Origin: an uncultured Planctomycetaceae bacterium | GTDB taxonomy: Bacteria; Planctomycetota; Planctomycetia; Pirellulales; PALSA-1355 | Assembly (NCBI GenBank): GCA_963785305.1 | Contig: CAWAUV010000009.1 | Location: 416,001 to 480,000, forward strand | DNA: 64,000 bases | Reading direction: 5' to 3' | In this document: one piece after another, positions 32,423 to 45,293 of the stretch | Position numbering within the stretch: the stretch's first letter is position 1 | How the letters are laid out: every line of letters starts with the position of its first letter | The notes under the pieces: model-generated | What the model was told of the DNA's origin: nothing | Seen by the model: only the letters and a program-made list of their open reading frames with translations | Databases searched by the model: none | Position numbers and translations under genes: made by a program

Positions 32423-33013
32423 TGTGAATGATGGTCGACCGGGCCTGCTTGCGGCCGGCCTTGGCTGTCCGCGAGTTGGACGCCAGCGAGGGCGGCCAAG
32501 GGGGGAGGCAACCGCGGTTTCTCGTAAAAGAACTCGCGCCGCCGCCCGCGGCTTGCGGGTGGAGACCTGGGGTTCGGGCCAAGCTCGGATCGGGAATGCT
32601 CGCCGCGCCGGGCCGGAACCGGGGTAGATATACCACGGATCGGTCGGCCTGCCAAGACAGCCCTTACAAGGATTCGACCTCGTTGGCCTCGTTGGGCGAC
32701 GCGAGGTTCGCCGCTCGACGGGCATTTTATTCCGACGATGCGCCTGGAAGCCGCCACCGGCCCAGACGCGGCGAGCAACCCTGGGGAACTGGCCGAAAAA
32801 ATTCGGTCGCTGGACATGGGCCACTGCTTGGAAAATAATGGCCAACTTGCGGTCGAAGGGCCTTGGTCGGCTGTGTGGGCGGCCGGGGCTTTTCAAACCG
32901 CTGCCCACGCGAGCTCGCGGCGAAGCGATCTGGTCGTTCGCGGTCGCCGCGGCGCGAGATTCCTTCCGCCCTTCCCTCCAAACGCACATGCTAACCCAGG
33001 AGTTTCCCCAAAC

Positions 33014-33459
33014 ATGAAACGCATGCTCTCGCCGAAAAACGCTCTCTCGCTCGTGTTCTCTCTTGGACTGGTGGCCATGTTGGGCGCCGGCATTTATGGT
33101 CTACAATCGGAGAATCCCGCCGTGGCTGCCGAAAGCGCTAGCGTCGCCGAAAAACCGTTGGGTCACATGGTCTTCTTCACCCTCAAGGAAAAGACGCCCG
33201 AGGGCGCAAGAAACTCGTCGAGCTCTGCAAGACTTATTTGGTCGATCATCCGGGCACGGTCTATTTTTCGGTGGGAACCATGGCGCCGGACTTCGATCGC
33301 GAGGTGAATGTGCGCGATTTCGATGTCGCGTTGCATCTGGTGTTCGCCAATAAGAAGGCCCACGACGATTACCAGGTTTCGCCGCGGCATTTGAAATTCG
33401 TCGACGAAGGCAAGGCGACTTGGGAAAAAGTGCGGGTGTTCGATTCCTATATTCAGTGA
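33014..33459 (+). CDS. Dabb / stress-responsive A/B barrel protein with N-terminal signal (frameshift near 33210)
   Basis: HMVFFTLK, FDVALHLVF..HDDYQVSPRH and VRVFDS. Confidence 0.8.
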
Positions 33460-33550
33460 ACGGCTTTCGGCCGGCGGCACGGGCCGCGCTCCGACGATCC
33501 GATCGATCCCAAAACCTTCGCGCGGGCTATCTAGCGGCGCGGAGGTTTTT

Positions 33551-35040
33551 TTACGCGCGCCGCGCGACGCTGGGCATCGCATCGCACGATTTTTCAAACC
33601 GGTCCGATTCGTCGGTTTCGCTTGACGAAGGCGGGAAGGAGCCAACACCGAGGGGCGCGAGCCGAACGCCCAGATGGGTGTAACGCGCCGCGATCTTCCC
33701 ACGAAATTCCACGTCGACGGTCGCTCGGGCCAGTGGTCCGGGAGTGAGACCGAGCGATTCGATTTCGGCCGTAAACCGCAATGTTTCGCTGGTGGGCGGT
33801 GTTTGGCAGCGAAACGAAAGCGCTTGGCGCTCGCCGAGCGTCGGTTGAAACTCCGACGGTCCGGCGGCGAGGTCGAAACCGATCGCCAGCAAATAAAGCT
33901 GCACAAGCTGCGCAGCCCTCGGCAAGCAAACTGCCGGGCAAGGCGGGATCGTCCTTGAAGTGCGACGTAAAATACCACGCCATCGGGTCGAGCGTCTTTT
34001 CGCCGACGATACGTCCAAGTCCTCGGCGGCCACCTTCCGGCTCGATCGATACCACTCGGTCGATCATGCGCATTGGTCCGTCGGGCAGACGCAACGAGGC
34101 GCTTCCCGATCGCCGGCCGAAGCAGCGCACGAAATCGCCGGCCGCGAAAGCATTGAGCGATGCATCGTCGAGCCGGGCCGGCGCGAGCGAGCGGCCGCAT
34201 GCGGGCCAGCGAACGGTCGTCGGATTGGAAGCCGGCGCGCCGGGGTGGCAATCCTCGCGCCGACATTAACTCGTGATCGGAAAAGAAACCGGCCGAGGCC
34301 GAACGCATGGATAGAAACGGACGCCCATCGGCCGAAGCTTCGAAGGAAAAGAAAAACAAGCGCTGCGGCCCCGCGGCGAGAAAACGCTCGACGCGAGTCG
34401 CATAGCGGAGCTTCTGGCCGGCCCGAGGCAATTCGCCGAGGAATTGAAAGTCCCAGTCGAGCAACCGATAGACCCTCTGGCCGCGAAGGCCGAGGTCGAT
34501 CCCCATGAGACTGGGGAGCAGCATGTCGGCCTGCGAGGCCTCGAGCGCGGTGGCCCAGCCGATGCGGCCATCGAGCGTGAGCCCCGAGTGGCTGGGAATG
34601 GTGAATTCGCTCTCGACTTGGCCCTGGGAGAAATCGCCGAGACTCGCTTCGAGCTTGGTTACCCGATCGAGCAGCAAATAGGGCGGCAAGGGAAGCCGAA
34701 CACGGCGGCAAAACGCGTCGGCCGGCGCGTAGTCGGCGCCGAACACATTCGCGAGTTGGCCGCCGGCAAACTCTAACAACTGCCAATAACTGAGTGGGGG
34801 CACGCGCGGGATCGCAAACGATTTCGTGATGGACCGACGCCAAAACGCCGATGCCGCCAACCTCGGCCACGTCGCGGCCAGACGGTCGCGCGGTTCGATC
34901 GGCCGCGACGAGCGAGCGTCGCGGCCGGGCAATTCGGCTCCATGAATGGTAATTCCCCGCAACAAGGACCGCAAATCGGGGCCAGAAACCAGTCTCGCGG
35001 GCTCATAAAACCTATCCGATAACATTGGCGAGGCGCTCAC
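33551..35040 (-). CDS. Stand-alone PfaC-like FabA-type dehydratase didomain (frameshifted; start uncertain)
   Basis: VRLPLPPYLLLDRVT, GQRVYRLLD, AGFFSD, MIDRVVSI..GG..GLG and WYFTSHFKDDPALPGSLLAEG. Confidence 0.75.
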
Positions 35041-35084
35041 CCTGCCCCTTTGTCATTTGGGGAGAGGGGGAGATTTCGGAAAGG
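35011..35084 (+). repeat. MITE/REP-like element, copy A (degenerate)
   Basis: CCTATCCGA..GGCGAG..CTCACCCTGCCC..GGAGAGGGG..TCGGAAAGG; similar to 62367-62441. Confidence 0.5.
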
Positions 35085-35087
35085 GGT

Positions 35088-37356
35088 TTAGCCTTGGCGA
35101 GCGGTCGAGGAGCCGTCTGTCGAAACAGGTTCGGCGGCGAAGACTTGCAACAAGTCGCGGAAGGCAACCGGCTTGACCAAGTGGTGGTCGAAGCCCGCGG
35201 CGAACGAACGCCGGCGATCTTCATCTTGGCCGTAGCCGGTCATCGCCACGAGCAGCGTGCTTTGAAACCCTCGCTTTTGTCGCAATCGCCGGGCGATTTC
35301 GTATCCATCAAGCCCCGGCAGGCCGATGTCGATCAGCACCGAGTCGGGCTGGTGTCGCGCGGCAAGCTCGATCGCTTGCAGCCCCTCGTTGGCGATCCAC
35401 ACTTCGTTGCCCACGGCGCACAGATACGCGCCGTGGTATTGGCCAGATCGGCATTGTCATCGACAACCAGAATTCGTCGCGACCGCGCGACGACCGGATC
35501 GGCGACCGACGAATGATTTTCCCCGTTGGCGGTTCGCGCCGCGGGGGCCGGCAGCACCACGGTGAATTCGGCGCCTTCGTTGGCCCCGGCGCTCGAGACC
35601 GCCACATGGCCATCGTGCATTTCGACCAGCCGCCGGACCAGCGTGAGCCCGATTCCCAAGCCGCCCTGGGAGCGATCGAGTGAGCGATCGCCTTGGACGA
35701 AGAGGTCGAAAATCTTCGCCAGCAGTTCGGGCGGAATGCCGAGGCCATTGTCCTTGACGCGAATCGAAAGCGTGTCGTCATCGCGCGCGGCGGAAACCTG
35801 AATCGAACCGCCGGGCTCGGTATATTTCACGGCGTTGTGCAGCAGATTCGTGAGAATCTGTTCGAGGCGAGCCGCGTCGGCATGGAGTGTAATGTTTTCC
35901 GGCGGCAGATCCACGCGCAACTGATGCCGTCGGGCCTCGAGGGCGGGCATGATCGTGGTGATGGCGCGCTTGACGATCGCCTCGAGATCGACGAACTCCT
36001 TTCGCAACGAAACTTTGCCGCGCGTGATCCGCGAGACGTCGAGCAGGTCGTCGACCAGCCGGGTCATCTGCCGCAACTGGCGGGAAAACACATCGCGCGA
36101 AGCTTCGACGGCGCCCGGATCGTCGCGCATCATTTCGAGGCATTCGAGCGCGTTGGCCATCGCCGCCAGGGGATTGCGGAGCTCGTGACCGAGCATGGCG
36201 AGGAATTCGTCCTTGCGGCGATCACCGTCGCGGATCTCGTGATAGAGTCGCGCGTTGTCGAGCGCGATCGCCGCGCGGCTGGCGATATCTTCGATCAGCG
36301 GAATCTCGAGAGCTTGGCTCCTCGACTCGGAATCGACGAGCACGGTAATCACGCCCAGGGCGTTGCCTCGCGCCACGAGCAGCGCGCAGCAAGCGGAGAG
36401 CGATCGTGAGCCGCGCTCGGGAGGCGCGGCGCTGGACTCGCCCGCGGTTTTTTCGCCGCTGGCATTTTCCCCGCTGGTTTTATCCGGGGAGACGTGGCCG
36501 ATGGCTCCATTGTCAGGGCTCGCGGCCGCGAGCCCGCCGGGCCAAGTCGCGAGCTCCGCGCCGCTGGATCGGGTGGTGCGGCGCAGTGCGCCGCGATTTC
36601 GATCGACTCGATCAGCGTCGCGGGAAGCTGGTCGCCTTCGACACGGCGCTGTTCGAACTCGCCGCTGGCCGGATCGATGCGCGCCAGTTCGTGGGTCGTG
36701 GCGCCGGTGGCGGAGTCAACCACCGAGAGCACCGCGAGATCGGCCACGCGCGGGGTGAGCAAATGCAAGAGTCCGGCGACCGTGGCGTCGAGGTCGAGCG
36801 AGCGGGAGAGCACATGACTGGCTTCGGCCAGAAACGCCCAGCGACGCGTCAATTGCTCGGCGGCGGCGCGTCCGGCTTGCTCATGCGCCAGGGCCACTCG
36901 CTCGTCCATTTGCCGCTGCAACTGGCGCGTCTTGCGGTAGAGATCGACGAACACTCCGACTTTGGTTCGCAAGACCTCGGGAATGACCGGCGCCAGAATA
37001 TAATCGACGGCGCCGAGCGAATAGCCGCGGCGGGCATGCGTCTCGTCGCCATCGGCCGTGACGAAAATAATCGGCGTGCTTTCGGTGCGTTTCCGCTCGC
37101 GGATCAGCGCGGCGGTCTCGAAGCCATCGATGTCGGGCATGTTGATATCGAGCAGAATCACGGCGAAGTCCTCGCGCAGCAGCAGTCGCAGCGCCTCGCG
37201 GCCCGAGCGCGCGCCGATCACGCTTTGGCCGGGCTCTTCCAAGATCGCGGCCAGCGCGATCAGCTTCGACGGAGAATCGTCGACCACCAGGATTTTCACG
37301 GGACTGTCGGGCTCGACGATGGCCGGCTTCGGATCGGTTGTATCGAGGAAAACCAC
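35088..37356 (-). CDS. Hybrid sensor kinase REC-GAF-HisKA-HATPase-REC (frameshifted)
   Basis: LLDINMP, EFLAMLGHELRNPL, NLLHNAVKY, GGLGIGL and LIDIGLPGLDG. Confidence 0.88.
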
Positions 37357-37444
37357 GGGCAGGCTCGTGTTGTGAGTTGTCGCGGGAAAAGCGGCTCGCG
37401 GTGGCGGCGACCGAGGTCCAACGGCGCGCGATGCGCTGGGCCGA

Positions 37445-40400
37445 TCAGCGATGCAACCAAGCGCGCAACACCGAAAGCATTTGCTCCGAATCAACCGGTT
37501 TCGAGAGATAGTCCCACGCTCCGGCCTCGATGCACTTTTCGCGGTCGCCTTTCATCGCCTTGGCCGTCACCGCCACCATCGGCAGCGACTTGAACTGCGG
37601 CAGCTTGCGAATCATACGCATCGTGTCGATGCCATCGAGCTCGGGCATCATGATATCCATCAACACGATGTCGATGTCGGGCGTCGCTTGCAACTGGCGA
37701 ATCGCGTCGCGGCCGGTCTCGGCGGAGAGAATCACCATGTTCTGTCGCTCGAGCACGCTGGTCAAGGCGAAGATATTGCGAATATCGTCGTCGACCAACA
37801 GCACCTTCTTGCCGGCGAGCACTTTCACGCTTGAATGCAGATCGCCGAGCATGCGCACCTGCGCGGGCGTGAGCTTCGTGATCGGGCGATGCAGTCGCAA
37901 GATCACCTGATCGAGCAGCCGCTCGCTCGACTGCACTTCCTTTACCAAATACGGCGCCGCGATTTTCTTGAGTGATTGACGCACCGCGGCCGAAGGCTCG
38001 TTTTGCGAGTACACGATCAGCGGCATGCTGGCGCCCAACCCATGTCGATTGAGCAGCGCCGCGAGGTCGTCGGGCGAAACTCGGGGCGACTCGGGATCGT
38101 AGATCAGGCAGTCGATCGCGTCGTTGTCGGCGAGCTCGCGCGAAAGGTTCGGCATGTCGCCCACCACGCGCACATCGAGATCGCGAGACTCGAGCAGTTC
38201 GATGATCTGACGCCCGCGCGCCGGGGCGCTTTCGACCACCACGATGCGCTGCCGCTGAATATCGCTCATGCGACGAATGTTCGCGATCGCCTCCTCGAGC
38301 GTCTCCTTCGTTTTGATCGGCTTGGCCACCACCGACACGGCGCCGAGCTCGAGGCCGCGTTGGGCGTCTTCTTCCGTCGAGATCACGCACACCGGGATAT
38401 GCCGTGTTTGCAAATCGTTTTTCAATCGATCGAGCACTCGCCAGCCATCGATATCGGGCAAACAAATGTCGAGCGTCACCGCCACGGGGTTGTATTCCCG
38501 CGTCATCGTGAGCGCGGCGGCGCCCATGCTCGTGGCGAGCGCCTTGAAGCCTTGCTCGTGGGCGACTTCCATGAGAAAACGAGCGAAGTTGAGATCATTG
38601 TCGACAATCAGCAGCACTTGATCGCCCGGCTGAATCAGATCGCGATCGTCGCCCACTTCGTTCAGGAGAATCGAAGCGTCGCTCGCGAGCGGCTCTTCTT
38701 CGAGCACCGCGGGCAGCGCGACCTGCGGCGCCGGTTCGGTGTAATGCCCCGCGGCGGCGAGGGCCTTGCGCGGCGCCTTGGGCGGCGAGAAGGTTTGCGG
38801 CAGATAGAGAGTAAAGATACTGCCTTTGCCCGGAGTGCTTTGCAGCCGAATCTCGCCGCCGAGCAGCCGCGCAATTTCGCGACTGATCGCCAGGCCCAGG
38901 CCGGTGCCACCGTATTTGCGGCTCGTGCTGCCGTCGGCCTGTTGAAAGGCCTCGAAGATGATTTGCTGCTTGTCGGCCGAGATGCCGATGCCGCTGTCGC
39001 TGACCGACATCGCGATGACCGCATAGGCCCGATTCAGCGGTTCGTTGTCCATGCTCCAGCCCTGGTGCGCCCGCTCGACGGTGAGCGCCACATTGCCCCG
39101 ATGCGTGAACTTGAACGCATTGGACAGCAAGTTCTTGATGATTTGCTGCAAGCGCTTCGAGTCGGTGAGAATCGCCCTGGGCAGATCGGGGTGCAGATGA
39201 ATGAAGAAATCGACGCCCTTGGCTTCGGCCACATGGCGGAAAGTGCGCTCGACATAGCTGTTCAGGTCGTCGAACCGCAGTTCTCCGAGGTCGACCACCA
39301 CGGTGCCTGATTCGATCTTCGACAGATCGAGAATATCATTGATCAGCATCAACAGATCATTGCCCGAGGAGTGGATCGTCTTGGCGAAATCGGTCTGTGC
39401 GGGGTGAGGTTGCCATCGGGGTTTTTCGAGAGTTGGTCGGAAAGGATCAACAGACTATTGAGCGGAGTGCGGAGCTCGTGCGACATGTTGGCGAGGAACT
39501 CGGACTTGTACTTCGAGGTGAGGGCAAGCTGCTCGGCTTTTTCCTCGAGCGCTTGCCGCGCCTGTTCGACCTCGACATTTTTGCGTTCGACTTCGGCGTT
39601 TTGATGCGCGAGCAGTTGGGCTTTTTCCTCGAGCTCCTGGTTGGTTTTTTGCAGTTCCTCTTGTCGGCTCTGGAGCTCGGTGGCGAGCGACTGCGACTGC
39701 TTGAGCAAGCCTTCGGTGAGCATGTTGGCTTCGATCGTATTGAGCACGATACCGATGCTTTCGGTCAACTGTTCCAGAAACGCCTGATGGGTGAGATTGA
39801 AAGTCTCGAAGCTGGCGAGCTCGAACACCGCCTTGACCTGGCCCTCGAAGATGACCGGCAGCACGATGATGTTTCGCGGCGCCGCCTCGCCCAGTCCCGA
39901 TGAAATCCGGATATAGTCGGGCGGCACGTTGGCGAGCAGGATTTTCTGCTTCTCGAAGGCGCACTGCCCGACGAGCGCCTCGCCCAGCCGGAAGCTGGTG
40001 GGCGTCGGCTGCGCTTCGCTCAGCGCGTAGCTGGCCAATAGGTTGAGCTGCGGCGTCTCGCGCGAGCTGTCCATGATGTAGAACACGGCGTGCTGGGCGC
40101 TCACCACCGGGGCGAGCTCCGAGAGAATCATGCGGCCCACGGTCAAGAGATCTCGCTGGCCCTGGAGCATGCGGCTGAATTTGGCGAGGTTCGTCTTGAG
40201 CCAGTCTTGTTCGCTGTTTTTGAGCGTCGTGTCCTTGAGATTGCGAATCATTTCATTGATATTGTCCTTGAGCGACGCCACTTCTCCCTGGGCCTCGACC
40301 TGAATCGATCGCGTGAGGTCGCCCTTGGTCACGGCCGTGGCCACTTCGGCGATCGCTCGCACTTGCGTGGTGAGATTGGCCGCGAGCCGGTTCACGTTGT

Positions 40401-43400
40401 CGGTCAGGTCTTTCCAGGTGCCGGCGGCGCCGGGCACGCTCGCTTGCCCGCCGAGCTTGCCCTCGACACCCACTTCGCGGGCCACCGTGGTCACCTGATC
40501 GGCGAATGTGGCGAGGGTGTCGATCATGCCGTTGATCGTGTCGGCCAGGGCGGCGATTTCGCCCTTGGCTTCGACCGTGAGCTTTTGCTTCAGGTCGCCC
40601 GTGGCCACGGCGGTGACTACCTTGGCGATGCCGCGCACTTGGCTGGTGAGGTTGCCGGCCATGAAGTTCACATTGTCGGTCAGGTCTTTCCAGGTGCCGG
40701 ACACGCCCTTGACCTGGGCCTGCCCGCCGAGCTTGCCTTCGGTGCCTACCTCGCGAGCCACGCGCGTGACTTCCGAGGCGAAGGAGCTGAGCTGATCGAC
40801 CATCGTGTTGACGGTGTTCTTGAGCTCGAGGATTTCGCCTTTCACATCGACCGTGATTTTCTTCGACAGATCGCCGCTCGCCAGAGCCTTGGTCACATCG
40901 GCGATATTTCGCACCTGACCGGTGAGGTTGCCGGCCATGAAGTTCACGCTGTCGGTCAAATCGCGCCACGTGCCGGCGGCGCCGGGCACGCTCGCCTGAC
41001 CGCCGAGCTTGCCTTCGGTGCCCACCTCGCGGGCCACGCGGGTGACCTCCGAGGCAAAGGAGCGAAGCTGATCGACCATCGTGTTCATCATGTCTTTCAG
41101 CTCGAGGATTTCGCCTCGCACATCGACGGTGATCTTCTTGGACAAGTCGCCATTGGCCACGGCCATCGTCACTTCGGCGATATTGCGCACCTGGGCCGTG
41201 AGGTTGCCGGCCATGCTGTTCACGCTATCGGTCAGGTCTTTCCAGGTGCCGGCCACGCCCTTCACGTCGGCCTGACCGCCGAGCTTGCCCTCGGTGCCCA
41301 CCTCGCGGGCCACGCGCGTCACTTCCGAGGCGAAGCTGCGGAGCTGATCGACCATCGTGTTGATCGTGTTCTTGAGCTCGAGAATCTCGCCGCGCACATC
41401 GACGGCGATCTTCTTCGAGAGGTCGCCATTGGCCACGGCCGTGGTCACATCGGCGATATTGCGCACCTGACCGGTGAGATTGCTGGCCATGAAGTTCACG
41501 CTGTCGGTGAGGTCTTTCCAAGTGCCGGCCACGCCGCGCACATCGGCCTGCCCGCCGAGCTTGCCTTCGGTGCCCACCTCGCGGGCCACGCGCGTGACTT
41601 CGGCCGCGAACGAGCGAAGCTGATCGACCATCGTGTTGATCGTGATCTTGAGCTCGAGGATTTCGCCGCGCACATCGACCGTGATTTTTTTGAAAGGTCG
41701 CCATTGGCCACGGCCGTGGTCACTTCGGCGATATTGCGCACCTGACCCGTGAGATTGCCGGCCATGCTATTCACGCTGTCGGTGAGGTCCTTCCAGGTGC
41801 CGGCCACGCCGCGCACATCGGCCTGCCCGCCGAGCTTGCCCTCGGTGCCCACCTCGCGGGCCACGCGCGTGACTTCCGAGGCGAAGGAGCTGAGCTGATC
41901 GACCATCGTATTGACGGTGTTCTTGAGCTCGAGGATTTCGCCTTTCACGTCGACCGTGATTTTCTTCGACAGGTTGCCGCTGGCGACGGCCTTGGTGACT
42001 TCGGCGATATTGCGCACCTGACCGGTGAGGTTGCCGGCCATGCTATTCACGCTGTCGGTGAGGTCTTTCCACGTGCCGGCCACGCCCTTCACATCGGCCT
42101 GCCCGCCGAGCTTGCCCTCGGTGCCCACCTCGCGGGCCACGCGGGTGACTTCGTCGGTGAAGGAGCTGAGCTGATCGACCATCGTGTTGACGGTGTTCTT
42201 GAGCTCGAGGATTTCGCCCTGCACGTCGACCGTGATTTTTTTCGAGAGGTCGCCATTGGCCACGGCCGTGGTCACTTCGGCGATATTGCGCACTTGGCCC
42301 GTGAGGTTGCCGGCCATGCTGTTCACGCTATCGGTGAGGTCTTTCCAGGTTCCGGCCACGCCTTTCACATCGGCCTGACCGCCGAGATTGCCTTCGGTGC
42401 CCACCTCGCGGGCCACGCGCGTGACTTCATCGGCGAAGGAGCTGAGCTGATCGACCATGGTGTTGACGGTGTTCTTGAGCTCGAGGATTTCGCCTTTCAC
42501 GTCGACCGTGATCTTCTTCGAGAGGTCGCCCGTGGCCACGGCGGTGGTCACCGCGGCAATATTTCGCACTTGGGCCGTGAGGTTGCCGGCCATGCTATTA
42601 ACGCTATCAGTCAGGTCTTTCCAGGTGCCGGAAACACCTTCGACCCGGGCTTGGCCGCCGAGCTTGCCTTCGGTGCCCACCTCGCGGGCCACGCGCGTGA
42701 CTTCGGCGGCGAAGGAGCTGAGTTGATCGACCATCGTGTTGATCGTGTTCTTGAGCTCCGAGATTTCGCCCTTCACGTCGACCGTGATTTTTTTCGAGAG
42801 ATCGCCCGTGGCCACGGCCGTGGTCACGGCGGCGATATTGCGCACCTGGGCCGTCGAGGTTGCCGGCCATGCTATTGACGCTATCGGTCAGGTCTTTCCA
42901 GGTGCCGGAAACACCTTCGACCCGGGCTTGGCCGCCGAGCTTGCCTTCGGTGCCCACCTCGCGGGCCACGCGCGTGACTTCCGAGGCGAAGCTGCGAAGC
43001 TGATCGACCATCGTGTTGATGGTGTCCTTGAGCTCCAGGAACTCGCCTTTAACATCGACCGTGATTTTCTTCGTCAGGTCGCCATTGGCCACGGCCGTGG
43101 TCACGGTGGCGATATTGCGCACCTGACCGGTGAGGTTGCCGGCCATGAGATTCACGCTATCGGTGAGGTCTTTCCAAGTGCCGGCCAGTCCCTTGACGCG
43201 CGCTTGGCCGCCGAGCTTGCCTTCGGTGCCCACCTCGCGGGCCACGCGCGTGACTTCCGAGGCGAAGGAGCTGAGCTGATCGACCATGCGATTCACGATC
43301 TTGCCGGTGCGCAGGAATTCGCCCTGGAGGGGGCGATCGTCGATCTCGAGCGCCATGAGTTGCGAGAGGTCGCCCTTGGCCACGGCGCCGATCACGCGCG

Positions 43401-43742
43401 CCGTTTCGCTGATCGGATGCACGAGGTCGCTCACGAGCACATTCACGGCGTCGACCGATTCGGCCCAGGCGCCGCTCACTTCACCCAGGCTGGCCCGCTG
43501 CTTGATGCGCCCCTCGCGACCCACCTCGCGCCGAGTCGGCCGAGCTCGTTGGCCATGCGTTCGTTGAGCTCGACCACATCATTGAAGGTATCGGCCACCT
43601 TGCCGGCGATGCCGGTCCAGGAGATCGGGAGTCGCGCGGTGAAATCGCCTTTTTTAAGCGCCGAGAGAGCCGTGAGCAGCAATGTGGCGTCGACGCCATG
43701 TTCGCTCGCATCGAAGGATTTCGGGGGTTCGGCGACCGACAT
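37445..43742 (-). CDS. Poly-HAMP hybrid histidine kinase (HAMP repeats-GAF-HisKA-HATPase-3xREC), frameshifts near 43530, 42850, 41690 and 39390
   Basis: Repeated [40 protein letters not shown], and a final REC with LMDIMMP. Confidence 0.92.
40400..43400 (-). repeat. Tandem coding repeats of about 276 bp (92-aa HAMP units), about 11 copies
   Basis: GGTGCCCACCTCGCGGGCCACGCG-type motif recurs about every 276 bp. Confidence 0.9.
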
Positions 43743-44459
43743 AAAGTGGCCTCGATTTTTTTGAGGGGGACGGGTTGAGATGAGATCGATAGGCCATCGT
43801 CCAACGCGTTCATCCGTGCGCATTGCGGCCGGTATGTCTCTCCGCTAGAACCGCGATTTCCGACACGGCAAGCTTCGGCGCGGGCAGGCGCCCTTGGGGC
43901 GTGGGCCCCGACTTCATGGCGGGAAGCCCCAGGCGGCCAGTTCCACGCACATGAAGGGGCCATTGCCAGCGTGCTTTATTTGGCCTTCGGGTGACTGTTC
44001 GCTCGGATCGATCGGACCACAAGGAGGCTGTGGTTGTGTAAATCCATCGGGCCCTTAACGATAACGCGCTTGCAAATTCGGATCAACCGGCCGTTCGGCA
44101 TAGACGCCGCTCGAACCAAGGGTCGCTCGCCGGGGTCGCGTTCGCAGTGATTCGGCGAACCCGAGAGGCTCGCGGCGCTATGATATCCGGCATGCGTAGC
44201 TGATCTCGGAAGTTGTGGTCACATTCACGAATGCATCCCCCAGCGATACATACCGATCGGCGATTCGATCGCGACTCGAAACGCCATGATTGTCGTGCCT
44301 TTGTATGCAATCGCTCGTTCGTGAATCGCACTCGGCCGCGACGATTTGCAAACCACCCATTGCGACTGTCGTCTTTTTTTGAAGTCCGGGGATGTCCTGC
44401 TTGACCACCGCCTTTGCTCGCTCTATATCTGACGTGATAATTCGCCGTGGCTATTGAGG

Positions 44460-44521
44460 GCTTATCCGACAACTCCCCCTATCCGCGTCTGGGAGAGGGC
44501 TCGCGGAAGTTCTCGGATACG
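44460..44521 (-). repeat. MITE/REP-like element, copy B
   Basis: Reverse complement TATCCGAGAACTTCCGCGAGCCCTC..GGGAGTTGTCGGATAAGC matches copy C. Confidence 0.6.
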
Positions 44522-44698
44522 CGATAAACAGTTGGAAGATTTCCCAACTTCGGCTTCGCTTGATGAACGATGGCTCGTTCCGCTCGCTGACGATTCGGGT
44601 TAACAATGGCGGCGCGAACAGGTTGAATCGCAACCCGAAACGTAAGCGAGGGCGGGAACGTTATTGAATTCCGGCTCCTGGGTGACTTTGAAACGGCA

Positions 44699-45187
44699 AT
44701 GCTCCAGGGACAGAGTTTGCCGGATTGGAGTGTTTTATTAGAAGGAGACTTCCATTTGGGTTACGACATCGAGCGGCGGACCAACTTGGCGAAGCAACTT
44801 AAGGCCGCGCGGCAACGAGCGGCTTTGAGCGCCAAGGACGCGGCCGAAAAGCTGACCGGGCTGGGCGTGGCTTGCTCGCGCGGAACCTTGCTCGCTTGGG
44901 AGCGCGGCGGTGGACGCACCTCGCGCGAGCCATTCGCCAGCGATCTCGGCACGCTCGCCCGGGCCTACGATTGCTCCGTCAGTGATTTCTTCAATCGGAT
45001 CGCCCAGCCCGCCGCGAGCGTCGATGGCCACGCGCGACCCGATGCGAGAGGTATCTTCGAGCCCCACTTCGATGGCGACGGCAACCATGATGGCCGATTG
45101 CCCGACAATGTTCCGCATCGCGACGCAAGCAATGTTCGCGCGGAGGCGACGACCCAACACCCTGTTGAAATATCAACAGGCCGCTAA
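44699..45187 (+). CDS. XRE-family HTH transcriptional regulator
   Basis: LKAARQRAALSAKDAAEKL..SRGTLLAWERG..EP..L..LARAY..SVSDFF. Confidence 0.8.
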   Translation: MLQGQSLPDWSVLLEGDFHLGYDIERRTNLAKQLKAARQRAALSAKDAAEKLTGLGVACSRGTLLAWERGGGRTSREPFASDLGTLARAYDCSVSDFFNRIAQPAASVDGHARPDARGIFEPHFDGDGNHDGRLPDNVPHRDASNVRAEATTQHPVEISTGR

Positions 45188-45293
45188 CCCGGAATCGCGT
45201 CGATCGTTAGTCGCCAAGTCCGAGCACCCGGGTCGGCCGCGTTTCGTTGTGTTTGCCGTTCGTTGCGTTTGCGAAACGCATGCGCCCGTTTTT

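Noticed and set aside
40400..43400. CRISPR-like or non-coding repeat array
   Set aside because: The period is 276 bp, in frame, and encodes HAMP units; there are no unique spacers or cas genes.
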